This document shows, piece after piece, positions 52,780 through 64,000 of a DNA stretch of 64,000 nt (within the stretch, counting starts at the first letter, position 1; the number at the start of each line of letters is the position of its first letter). The DNA is from Camelus ferus. Taxonomy: Eukaryota. The translations under genes and the position numbers were made by a program. Location of the stretch: assembly GCF_009834535.1 (NCBI RefSeq), contig NC_045696.1:14386001-14450000 (forward strand), given 5' to 3'. The notes beneath the pieces were generated by a model. That model did no database searches and was not told where the DNA came from. It saw only the letters and a program-made list of their open reading frames with translations.

Positions 52780-54362
52780 AAAGCTATAGTAATCAAGACA
52801 GCATGATTATAACTGAAAGAACAGTCAAATAGATCAATGGAACAGAACAGAGAGCCCAGAAATAGACCCCCACAATAGTCAACTGATTTTTGACAATCAG
52901 CAATGGCAATATAGCAGAGCAAAGATTATCTCTTCAATAAATGGTGCTGGAACAACTGGACATCCACTATTTTAAAAAAAAAAAGGAATCTAGACATAAA
53001 TCCAACACCCTTCACAAAAATTAACTTCAAATGGATCACAGACCTAAATATAAACACAAAATTTAAAACCTCCTAGAAGATAACATAGGAGAAAATCTTG
53101 GTGACTGTGACTCTGACAATGACTTTTTAGATACAGCATCATTGGCACAATTCATGAAAGGGATGAAATTGATAAGATGAACTTCATTAAAATTAAAATC
53201 TTCTGTTTTGTGAGAGACAATGTCAAGAGAATAAGTGGGAGATTCTCAAAATATTCCCAAAGACTGGGAGAAAATATTTGCAAAAGACATATCTGATAAA
53301 GCACAGTTATCCAAACTGTACAAAGAATTTTTAAAGCTCAACAATTAGAAAATGAAATACCCAATTAAAAATGGGCAAAAGACCTGAACAAATACCTCAG
53401 ATGGCAAACAAGCATATGAAAAGAAGTTCAACATCACATGTCATTAGGGAATTACGAATTAAAACAATATCTATTAGAAGGACCAAAATCCAGGACATTG
53501 ATAACACCAAGTGTTAACAAGGATATAGAGCAACAGGAACCCTCGTTTAGTGCTGGTGGGAATGCAAAATGGTACAGCTACTTTGGAAGACAGTTTGGTG
53601 GTTTCCTACAAAATCAAACATACTCTTACCAAACACTCCAGCAATTGTGCCTCTTGGCACTTACCCAAATGAGCTGAAAACGTATGTCCACACAAAAATC
53701 TGCACAGAGATTTTTATAGCAACTTTGTTCATAATTGCTAAAATGTGGAAGCAACCAGAATGTCCTTCAGTGGATGAATGGATAAATAAACCATGGTACA
53801 TCCAGGCCACAGAATAAATATTTAGGGCTAAAAAAGAAATGAACTATCAAGCCATGAAAAGACATGGAGGAAACTTAAATGCATATTACTAGCTGAAAGA
53901 AGCCAAACTGAAAAGGCTACATACTGTATGATTCCAAGTATATGACATTCTAGAAAAGGTAAATAAAACATAAAACATCAGTGGTTACCAGGGCCAAGGG
54001 GAAGGAGGGATGAACAGGCAGAGCACTGAGAATTGTTAGGGCAATGAAACTGTCCTGTATGTGATATTACAACTGGGGATAAATGTCATTATACATTTGT
54101 CGAAACCTACAGAATATGCAACAGTAAGAGTGAGCCCTCATGTAAACTATGGACTTTGGGTGATAGTAATTTCATCAGTTATAACAAAGGTACCACTGTG
54201 GTGTGGGATGTTGATAGTTGGGGAGTTTGTATGTTGGGGGGGGGGGGCGGGTGGAGAACAGGGAGAGTATGGGAACCCTGTACTTTCTACTCAATTTTTC
54301 TGTGAACTAAAACAACTCTTAAAAAAATAAAGCCTATTAAGAATTTTAAAAATGAAAAAAAG
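52780..54362 (+). mobile_element. L1 (L1MB-like) ORF2 3' part plus 3'UTR, nested
   Basis: AAAGCTATAGTAATCAAGACAGCATG...ATAGATCAATGGAACAGAACAGAGAGCCCAGAAATAGACCC; TSD TCAATAGAAT at 52770-52779 and 54363-54372. Confidence 0.9.
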
Positions 54363-54992
54363 TCAATAGAATCAGACCCAAGGATGACCCAGATGATGGA
54401 GTCATTTTAAAATATTATAGTAAATAATTATAAAACATTTTAAATGAATTAAATAATTTAAAGGAACAGTGGAGACCTTAAGCATAAAAAAGGATCAAGT
54501 GGGGATTCATTAGGTGGGCTTAGTAGAAGACTGGGCAGGGCAAAAAAAAGGGTCAGTGAACTTAAAACAAGCCAATAGAAATTTTCCAGACTGAAACACA
54601 AGAGGAAAAAGAATGAAAACAACCACACAAAAAAATCACAGATCTGAGATGAAAATACTGAACGAGCTAACATACATGTAATTGGTCTTATAGAAGAAAA
54701 GAGAGAGAAAATGAGATGCAAGGGAATTTTGAAGACATAATAGCCAAGAATTTTCCAAAATTGATGAAATTCACCAACTGACAGATTCAAGAATGTGACA
54801 AACCCTAAAGTGAATTTTAAAAACAAACGAAAAGAGGTACATTATGGTCAAACTGCTGAATACCAAAAACAGAGGAAATCTTAAAAGCAGCCTGAAAACA
54901 AAAGCCTCATGTATCAAGGAAACTGCAGTAAGAATAATCACTCATTTCTCATCAGAAACAATGGAAAACAGAAAACAATGGAATGATCTTTA

Positions 54993-55523
54993 TTTTTTTT
55001 TGAAAATGTACTTTTAAATGTACTAATGACTAAATATTATTTTTTTATTGATTTATAATCATTTTACAATGCTGTGTCAAATTCCAGTGTAGAGCACAAT
55101 TTTTCAGTTATACATGCACATGTATATATTCATTGTCACATTTTTTTTCTCTGTGAGCTACCATAAGATATACATATACACCATAAGATCTTGTGTATAT
55201 TTCCCTGTGCTATACAGTATAATCTTGTTTATCTATTCTACAATTTTGAAATCCCTTCTATCCCTTCCCACCCTCCGCCCCCTTGGCAACCAGAAGTTTG
55301 TATTCTATGTCTATGAGTCTGTTTCTGTTTTGTATTTATGCTTTGTTTGTTTTTGTTTTTGTTTTTTTTAGATTCCACATATGAGCGATCTCAAATGGTA
55401 TTTTTCTTTCTCTTTCTGGCTTACTTCACTTAGAATGACATTCTCCAGGAGCATCCATGTTGCTGCAAATGGCGTTGTGTTGTCGTTTTGGCGTTATGTT
55501 ATGTGTTTATGGCTGAGTAGTAT
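54993..55523 (-). mobile_element. Young L1 3' end with a second A-tail
   Basis: Reverse complement of the subfamily at 34681; TSD TGGAATGATCTTTA (54979-54992) / TGGAATGATTTTTA (55524-55537). Confidence 0.9.
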
Positions 55524-55663
55524 TGGAATGATTTTTAATTTGTTGAAATAACTCTGTTAACAGCAAAGGTCTCTTTCAAAAATGAAACTGTAACAAAGAT
55601 ACTCTCAGACCAACAGAATCTCAGAAACTCATTGATGTAAAAAATAACAAAAGAAGTTCTTCA

Positions 55664-56165
55664 TGAGGCAGGAGTGAAGGGAGCAGGGCACAACCACTGG
55701 AGGAATGACACAGTAACTGAGAACAGGACAAACTGGTTAGAACCAAAATGGCAGAAGATTTGACTTTCAGTAGACCTTGAGCTTCATGGCATTCCCACAG
55801 GCATCATGACAGTTCCTAGGTTGACCAAAAAAGGTCAAAAAGTGGGCAAGGGCCCAATTCCTGGAAATCCCTGCCCCTTCCCCAAATAGTTGCAATAATC
55901 CTCCCACCCATTAGCATATAGAATTACCCAGCCCATAAAAACTAACAATGTTGCACCTCTCTCTCTCTGTCTTCCTCTTGCCTTTTAAGATGGTCCCCAT
56001 TCTGCCTGTGGAATGTGCATCTCCTAAGCTGCTCTCCCTTCTGAGTAAGATGGACCACAGTCTGTCTATGCAGTGTGTATCTCCTTAAATAAACCTACTT
56101 TCCCTTTACTGTGACTTGCTCTTGAATTCTTTTTTGCAAGAGACAAAAACCTGCTCTCAGCAACA
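55664..56165 (+). mobile_element. ERV1 solo LTR (MER41-like)
   Basis: TG...CA termini, AATAAA near 56088, CTTGCTCTTGAATTCTTT motif, 4-bp TSD TTCA at 55660-55663 and 56166-56169. Confidence 0.88.
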
Positions 56166-56629
56166 TTCACACTAAAGGGAGAGATGAAGACCATGGGAAA
56201 AGGGCAGCAGCAGTACAGAGGACATCGTGTCTTGCTGTTTCCTCTGCCCCTGATTCCTCATCATGATATCGTCCAACCGTGAAGTGGAGAGCAGGAAGGG
56301 GTGCTCCGTCTAAAAGAGCAGCATCTGCACATGCAAATAGAAAATGGAAGCAAAGGCAAACCATCTACTTAGAATCTGTTTTCTCTTAAAGAACGGCAGA
56401 AGCGGAAAAGCTGCAGGAGCCAATAGAGAAATCACAGCATGGAGATCCCGTGTGAGCCCTCAGTTTGCACCAATGTGGCGAGCTTAACCAATAATTGGAC
56501 TAATCTGAAAGCAGAGGGTCACCCCTCCTGCAAAGGAATTAGTTTCTGCCTAATTTGGGGGAAAGTGGAACCCAGTTGAGTGGTTCCAACAATAGAAGAG
56601 AGAAATTATGACATTTTTGTAATCTTGGA

Positions 56630-57270
56630 GGCAAAATTATTGCTATGTTCAAAAGAAATCATTCTTTTCCTGGAAAAACCAAAGGATTATATTGAAAAAC
56701 TATTAGAAATATAATACTTTAGTAAAATGATTGCTTGCAGGTGAAAATACAAACATCAAGTGTTTTCTCATCAACCAAAAATAAGCAGTTAGAAAACATC
56801 CATAAAAGCATACTCATACACTTAACATGAAATGTAAGTGGTGTATAAAACTCATAAATTTCTGGTTAAAGCCATTCACCTTACACATGATCATAAAAAG
56901 TCAGTGATAATATCAGTTCTCTCCCAATTGATTTATAAGTGTAACCCAGTCCTCCCCAAATTCCAACTTAAATCAGAAAAAGGAGTGATGAAAACCGTGT
57001 ACCATAAAAATAGCCAGACAGAACAATAAAACATATTAGAATCCAGTAGCAGATGCCAGGACCAGTGATAACTGAGGAAATGATCAAAGAGGCAGTTCAA
57101 ATAGTAGGGAAAGGATGGACTGCTCAAAAAAAAAAAAAAAAAAAAAAAAAAGAGATGGTATTGGCTTAACTGACAAGCATTTTAAAAAAGGAATTTTGTT
57201 TTCTTAGGTCACATTTTCTTATCTCACATAAGCTTAATTTCAGATAGCTTAAAATGTAAATGTTTATTTA
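56630..57270 (+). mobile_element. Highly degraded L1 ORF2 fragments with poly(A) tract at ~57126-57151
   Basis: CTGGAAAAACCAAAGG...AAAACTATTAGAAATA...TCAGTTCTCTCCCAATTGATTTATAAG. Confidence 0.6.
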
Positions 57271-58296
57271 AAAAAAAAAAAAGCTAACTGCACTTATAGT
57301 AGGAAGCTCAGCATTCAAACCTAGAAGTGCCTGGCAATGGAAACCTCTTAATAAATGATTATTGAATAGAAATGAAACTGTACTCAGGGGCTATATTCCA
57401 ACCATAGAGAAGCTAGAAAATGGGTACTTATAAGTTCACTTTCCAGTTTGGAACAATTTAGTATAAGGTGTATATTTTACCCTTTTTCATTTGCTCTATA
57501 GCACTTAATACAGTGTTGAGATCTACATGCTACATTTTCAGTACAGTATTGATTGATTCATCATAAATACTATGTTTCTTCTTAGAAGACAAGAAAATTT
57601 GCTTGTGAGATTTTCATTTAAAAGAATTAGGTTATTCATCAAAATTTTCACGCTGCCATCTGTTCTCAACATTTCTGTATTTCAAACTAGGTTTAGCATA
57701 GCAAAGCATATGAATTTTACATTAGAAAGCACAAGAAGGATGTAAAACTTTGTTTTCTAAACTATATTCCATAGTAAAATGCTTATTTTGAAAGCCTTAT
57801 GTGCATATGGGCTGTTAGAATTCGTCATCACTTAAACTACTTCCTATAAAGGTGAGGATCAGTAAGATTTAGAGTATCGTTTACACTGCACAGCATGTGT
57901 TTTACATACTCTCAAAATGAATTTCTCTTTTTAAAAAAAAAAGCCAAAATATGTAAATTACTAGATCACAATTTAGCAGTATGTGTCTCAGAAGTTCTGA
58001 CTCTCCAGCTGGCCCTTTGGGTGGTTTTAGGTTTACAATCCAGAAGACTAGAAAATGGGTTATTAAATCTAGATTTTATATTCTAAAATATTGCTATAAG
58101 TTGAGTCTTTCACCTTCTAGATTTTAGGAATCATTATCTGCCTCATGTGAAGTGGAGTAAACAGAATGTCTAGAAATGGCCAAGGAAGGACTACTTACTT
58201 GAAATTTATCATTTATACATGTCTGTAACTAGAGAGTCATTTGAGTTGACATTATTTTCTTATAAAAATGCAACTGTATCATGAGAAGGACAGTCA

Positions 58297-58953
58297 TGTT
58301 AGAGCAGGCAGATAGCTAGATATGAGTAGAGAAAGGGGGACACAGAACAAATGACAGGAATTGGGCAGAAAGGAAGGGCACAGACCAAATGCAAGAAACC
58401 ACACATCATGTAAGCACCTGGGGTCCCTGAGCAGAGAAAGAAAATCAGGAAACTCTGGACTGATAAGTAGTCACACCTTTTGGGGTGATGAGTGGCCTGG
58501 AGACAGACAAAGAAAGGTGAGAAAAGGCAGGAATTTCCAGTGTCCAAATGTAACCTTTTGCTCATTATGCCCTCATTTCAATAAAATTAGCCTTGCAGAT
58601 TAGAAGTACCCATCATGAACCAATGCCATGACACTTCCAATCCAGACTAAATAAAGACAAAAATCCCTCCTCCCTTCGGAAAGGTGGAGTTGGGATGATA
58701 ATCAGGGAATACAACCCCAAACCGTTCCCTCCCCAGTGACTATTCTGCCCATCATTTTTACACGTTATGTAACTAACTTTCCAAAGAAACACAGGGCAGC
58801 TGCTCACCTGAGCCTGCCCGCTCTCCCCTTGAGAGTGTACTATCCATCCTTTAATAAATTTTTACTTTACTTTTTTAACCACTACATCATGTCTCTGAAT
58901 TCTTTCTGGGATGGGACAAGAACCTGGAACACTGGTTGCATCCTCCGGCAGCA
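58297..58953 (+). mobile_element. ERV1-class solo LTR
   Basis: TGTTAGAG...GCAGCA termini, AATAAA at ~58853, GTCTCTGAATTCTTTCTG motif, 4-bp TSD GTCA at 58293-58296 and 58954-58957. Confidence 0.88.
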
Positions 58954-59323
58954 GTCACATAACAATCTAAGAACTGAAATCTTCAAAGGAAGGAATAAAC
59001 TTTTACATTGGAGAGAGGCCAAGGATAAAAGAAAAGAAGACCATTTTGGAGCACAGAACGCCACCCGGAAAGGCTGACCTGGACACAGCAGGTGGTGGCA
59101 AGAAGTGTTATCCCAATGAGAAACTATCAAGAGGAGGGCTTTGTGGATCCAGAGTGCAGGAATCAGGACAGAAAAGTCGCTGGGAAGCAGGAGATGGTAG
59201 AAGAAAAAAGCTGAAAAGATTTCAGAAGGAGAAGTGAGACTATTCAAAGTCCATTCCAATTGTAGCCGCAAAGTTTATTTGAGGAATTGAAATTAGCTTC
59301 AGAGATAGATCCTAAGTATTTAT

Positions 59324-59517
59324 ACCAATTGTTCTCAAAACGTGGGCCAATGCTAACAGCACTAGCACCACCTAAAAGTGCTCAGAAATGCAAATTATTA
59401 GCTGGCTCCCACCCAGTCTTACTGAATCAGAGGCTCTAGGAGTGAATTCCAGCAGATTGTTTCAAAAAGCCCTCCGGGTGACTCTGATGCTCTCTTACTC
59501 AAACTTCAAATAATGGT
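59324..59517. mobile_element. MER5A-like hAT-Charlie element
   Basis: TTGTTCTCAAAACGTGG...CAGAAATGCAAATT...CTTACTGAATCAGAGGCTCTAGG...AAGCCCTCCGGGTGACTCTGATGC. Confidence 0.85.
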
Positions 59518-59970
59518 TTAAACCAATTGTGGAAACCCAGTCTCTTTGGAATGTGAAACAGCCCAAACAAGAAGCACACGATATTCTCTTGGCAATAATT
59601 TTGGGGTCAGGAGTGGGTCCCTGGCCTGAGCTGACCTCACCCCCAATTGAAGAGCTTTTTCTCTGTGTGTCCCCTGAGGAAATGAATGATGTAGCATTTA
59701 GCCCCAATTGCCTCAGCAAGAGAGGGAGCAAGGTTTAGAAGGATGCTAAGTCTTCAAATGGCAATGAGGACAGACTGAGAGAGCCTTGTGTTTGGTGACA
59801 CTGTTGAACACAGAATGCTCTAACCTAAATCCTGCCGTGCCTGTGGACTGCTCACAGCTCAGTAAACATCCTTACTGTTTAAGCTTATATAAGTCAGATT
59901 ATCTGGAGTGTTCCCTAACTGCTAGTTTGCAAACATCACTACTTCTGCCACAGACTCTGGTGTTGGCAAC

Positions 59971-61143
59971 TGTATGATCAGGCCATCCAAGATGGCTGTT
60001 CTCGTGCTCTCTGTGCATCCCCTGCTCGTTCCTGCCTTGCCTACACCATCCTTACCTGACTGACCTTTCCTCTTCATCATAGAGCCTAATCAGTAAATGT
60101 CTGTGTACTTGTCCCTGAATCCAGCTAGTGACTGTTCTAATCTTTAGATCAGAACTACCTCCACTATGATAACTTACCAAAGGGACACGCCCCTCTGCTG
60201 GTTTCCCTGGCAACTGAGAAGCCAACCTGACATCAATTCCTCCTATAACTGGTTATCTCCTTCTTCCCCTGGAAGCAAAGACCACAGCCATGGCCTGCCT
60301 ACTGCACACTGTGGGGTGCCTTCTGGGACACGAAGAGGGCAGGGCACAGCAATTCAAGGAATGCTACAGTAACTAACATCAAAATAGTGAAAGGTTCAAC
60401 CTCCAGTAGGCCTTGAGGCTCAAGATGGTGGCAGATTTAACTTGTAGCAGACCTTGAGCTTCATTATACGCCCACTGTAATGTATTAACATGGTGAATAA
60501 CATGCCCACAGGCGCCATGACAGTCCCAAGGCTAGCCACAAAAGGTCAAAGAGTGGGAAATGGCCAACTTCCTGGGAATCCCAGCCCCTTCCCCTGACTA
60601 GTTAGACTGGTCCTTCCACTTACTTCCATATAAAGCTACCAAAGCCCATAAAAACAGGCAATACTGCCCGTCTTGGCCTCTCTCTCTCTGTGTCTCTCTC
60701 CCTCTCCCTCTCCCTCTCCCTCTCCCTCTCTCTCTCTCCATTTGGAGACGACCTGCACTCTGTCTATGGAGTGTGTACCAACTTTTACTCTAATCTGAGC
60801 ACCTACCCCCCACACCTCATGGCCTTTCTCTTGCCTTTTGATATATCTCTCTAAATAAATCTACCTTTACTCAACTGTGGCTCACTCTTGAATTCTTTCC
60901 TGTGCAAAGCCAAGGACCCACACTTGGCAGGGCACCTGCCAGGGGCTCAACCAAAGCCTGGGATATGGCCCTCCTCATGCCCCACATCTGTTTTTCCTGC
61001 ATCAGTCCCAAGACCTTGTTTCAGACCCTTAAGACGCCCCTATCCATTCAACCATTGATGTCTTTGTCGCTGACTCAGTCCTTTCTTAAATCTTGAGGCT
61101 GGGCAAGAATATGGCTTGCAGTCCTGGGGGGTACAGCCCAATA
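59971..61143 (+). mobile_element. ERVL-class solo LTR (outer), split by a nested LTR
   Basis: Starts TGTATGATCAGGCC, ends GTACAGCCCAATA; perfect 5-bp TSD GCAAC at 59966-59970 and 61144-61148. Confidence 0.75.
60324..61004 (+). mobile_element. ERV1 solo LTR (MER41-like), nested, with (CCCTCT)n/(CT)n tract at ~60677-60739
   Basis: Shares blocks with the 55664 LTR (GCAGGGCACA, AGACCTTGAGCTTCAT, CATGACAGT, AAAAGGTCAAA, GCCCATAAAAAC, CTCTTGAATTCTTT); TG...CA termini; TSD not cleanly preserved. Confidence 0.85.
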
Positions 61144-61471
61144 GCAACCTTTGACAAACGCTCAGACATTTAACTGAAAAGTCAACGGCATTATGGGAAA
61201 AAATGGAATTCCAAGTAAAATAAGAGATGTGAAAAATGAAGAGACATTCCCAAATACCTAACAACCAATAAGAGTAAGCATAACTCATAGTCAAGCTTCC
61301 CCATTTCAAGCTACAGAGTTTGAAACAGATTTTGTGAATATAAACTGATCTTCCCCTCACTGGGTGGAAAACCAAGGAAACATTCATGGAAAGCACATCG
61401 TAAAGGCAACTTTGGGCATCTGTTCTCCAGTTACCTCCATAAAATGAAAATAGGTGGAATGGTTCCACCAA

Positions 61472-61570
61472 AAGGGTGACCAATTGTCCTGGCTCCCTCA
61501 GGACCAAGGAGTTTCCAGGATGTGGGACTTACAGAGCTAAAACTACTGCAGGCACACTGGGGTGGTTTGT
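61472..61570. mobile_element. MER94-like hAT element
   Basis: AGGGTGACCAATTGTCCTGG...GGAGTTTCCAGGATGTGGGACTTACAGAGCTAAAAC. Confidence 0.65.
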
Positions 61571-63249
61571 ACTTTACTCTTGGGATATGTCTTCGGCTAG
61601 AAACTAAGTCAAGTAGATGTGAAAATTTACTCTTCACTGTGTTTAGGGAGAGCCAGAGGACTACTTTCCTTTGAAAATCCTGTGTTCCTTTTACAACCAG
61701 TTACACCCTTCTCCACGTCAAGTGTTAACATCACTTGCATGGCTGTATCTAAGCTAGTTTTCTTGGAAGACACTCATGAATGGAGTCTCTCAGCCTGTTC
61801 TTAGCTGGAAAATGGAGGCTACCTCCAACCTCCTTTGACCCATCTTGTTTCAATCTTTTAAAATTCCCACTCCCCCTTGGACATTAGGGTAAATACCATT
61901 ATTATGAGAGCCCTTGGAAATGGCTTTTTCTAAACACCTATCCACCAATAGCTTTCCCCCAAAGACTGTACAATTTGAAACTGAAGCTCACTTCTGAAAG
62001 GAAAAATAAAGAGAATTCTCGTTAAAGAATGGCAGACTGGATATATGTCCTATTTCTGGCCCTAGCTGTTCTCCCTCCCAACAACATACATGATGCACAG
62101 AATCACTAAATAAAATTTAAATGTTCTCCTTAGGTCAATACTGATGAACAAAATGGTGTAAGAATTTATTCGTTACACAAATGCTACCAGTTAACCAGAG
62201 GCAGCGTTGGAAAAGACATGTATCTCCTCAAAGCTCAGAAACTTCTTGACTTTCCTCATGCCTAAAGCCAATGGGAGAAATTAATAAGCATGTTATATAA
62301 AAAACAAACTATGGAACACTGAATTCATTGTACAGGTCTTGAAATTAAGCTAAACACCAAAGGAAACATATCATTGAGTTTTATAAGCATTAACAAAACA
62401 ATCCAGTTTTAAAACTCTAGTGTGAAAATAAAAAAGAATTTTCCTGTTATTTGTACATAGAGAACTAAATATAGTCTTTTAAACTTCTCACCTGGTAGTG
62501 GATACATAATGCCCTGAAACTTACTCTTGGTGTTGCAAGAAAATATCTGTTGTACAGAATTGTAAACACTGCTGCTGGTTTTGACATTTAAGGGGTAGGT
62601 GATCTGATTTGAAATGCCTCAGCTTTCTAAAACCTGGCAGCTTGGGTCTCATACTTGCATGGAGGGGAGAAAGAACAGGTGAAATCTTTTGACCTCTGAG
62701 ATTTTCCAAAGGACAAACTTAATTAACTGCATCCCCAGTTGGTAATTGGGGGTTGGGAAGGAAGAATGGGAACCAAGAAGTTCTATGGAGGATGAAGGAG
62801 GCGATACTACAGTGATGGACGCCCACAGGGCATTGGCACCGGCTGAAACAATAGCAAGATGAATAATTGTCCCCGAGAGTAGGGTGGTTGCAGCAATGTG
62901 GGCAGAACTTGATTGAGAAATAACACTTTAACCAGCTCTGAAATAAGCACTACATTCGACAACTGACTTCCTTATTTCAGGAGGATCCAGGTTACAAAAA
63001 CAAAGCAATGCAATTGATCCATACAATGGGCTTCTTTCCTAATGCTCTTGCTACTCAGAGCAAGAATTTTTGGGTACACCAAACCAAGCTTCCTTCCTGA
63101 AGCACAAAAATCACATAATTTAACTTAAAATCTTGAGGTGGCAACCCTAAGGACAGTATTGTACTTGACAAGACTGTATATTATTAGAAAGCTTATGACC
63201 AACCTTTCCAGGATCAATGCATATACAGCATTGTCCCTTGCGATTTAAT

Positions 63250-63405
63250 CGCTAATATTTGTTAGTTTACTATGTGCCAGGCATAGCTGTGACTCACTGA
63301 AGCCTCAGAACTACTGAATGAGGTGTGGGTGCTATAACTGCTATTTTTTAACAGACAAGAAATCAAAGGTACACAGATATTAGATAAGTTGCTCAAAGTT
63401 ACCTC
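63250..63405 (-). mobile_element. MIR SINE
   Basis: TTTACTATGTGCCAGGCA...TTTTAACAGACAAGAAATCAAAGGTACACAGA...TTGCTCAAAGTTAC. Confidence 0.7.
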
Positions 63406-63904
63406 TCCCCACTCCTAAACACCATAAAATACAGTTTTCCTCATGACAAATAATTCAGTCTTGCTCAAAGCTGGTTACAAACACACTCAGCTTTCAGAAA
63501 ATATTGCAGAATTTTCCTTATTCTTCCCAACTGGTTGACTTTCAATCCATCAGAGCCAAGGTCACCTTGGATGGGCACCAGGAAGACCTTGTCCCCTGGT
63601 CAAATTTTCCCCATTTTCTGTTTCACTGCACCCCTAGGACCATCCTCCCCTTGCCCTTGGTGGCTGAGGCTCAGGATGGTGAGTAAGCCTCATTTCAAGT
63701 TCAGGGGTTCTTACTCGGGTCCCCATTCTGGGAGCATGGAGGGGAGTGGCACCTTCCTCAGACTGAAGCACCTACAAGAAAATAAATCTATTTTGCCTCT
63801 GATTGCCACCCATGGCATGATTTGGCAGCGTCACCATGTGGAAGGTGCACTTCCCACCAGATGCTGGTGAAGAGGAAAGAAATGGTGATGATGAAATAAA
63901 GAAC

Positions 63905-64000
63905 CTGTAATAGAAACAGGTTCTATCCAGAGAAACAGAACCAATAGAACATACCCAGATGTATAGAAAGAGATTTATTATGAGGGATTAGCTCATGCAA
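63905..64000 (-). mobile_element. MLT2-like LTR, truncated by the window end
   Basis: TCCAGAGAAACAGAACCAATAG...AAAGAGATTTATTATGAGGGATTAGCTCATGCAA is the reverse of the 3' end seen at 20360-20488. Confidence 0.85.

Larger units (their letters stand above)
52060..55660 (+). mobile_element. Old L1M 5'/ORF1 region split by two younger L1 insertions
   Basis: AAGAAGCAAGAAAACATGACCCATAAT...|...CAGACCCAAGGATGACCCAGATG...TCAAACTGCTGAATACCAAA...TTCTCATCAGAAACAATGG; sequence is continuous across the TSDs. Confidence 0.75.

Noticed and set aside
55664..61004. A provirus bounded by the two MER41-like LTRs
   Set aside because: The first LTR has its own TSD on both sides, the LTRs differ structurally, and no PBS or gag/pol sequence is visible between them.
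1..64000. CRISPR arrays, operons or prokaryote-type defence systems
   Set aside because: The sequence is mammalian; there are no regularly spaced repeat-spacer arrays or dense coding regions.

Overview
This is mammalian, AT-rich, repeat-dense genomic DNA, probably from a camelid (inferred from a tRNA-Ala-derived vic-1-like SINE and the style of the young L1 3' ends). It lies in the keratin-associated protein (KRTAP) cluster. There is one clear gene: intronless KRTAP11-1 (26183-26674, minus strand), with a TATA box, hair-gene promoter motifs and a poly(A) signal. The rest is mostly LINE-1/L2, MIR, MaLR/ERV solo LTRs, hAT elements and microsatellites; the other track ORFs look like chance or repeat-derived ORFs. 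I see no evidence for a new multi-gene biological system. The observations most worth checking are: (1) a degraded Gly/Tyr/Phe-rich, KRTAP7-like relic at about 7141-7435, split by a (GT)n microsatellite; (2) a 127-bp inverted duplication (12 mismatches, no indels) whose second arm sits inside an L1 tail; (3) a TSD-flanked L1/non-L1 chimeric retro-insertion; (4) L1 twin-priming and 3'-transduction signatures; (5) a possible ~400-bp inversion splitting a MER53; (6) four solo LTRs in a cluster, two of them MER41-like with STAT motifs. Repeat family names were assigned by eye from memory and need RepeatMasker/Dfam confirmation. Boundaries without TSDs are approximate.
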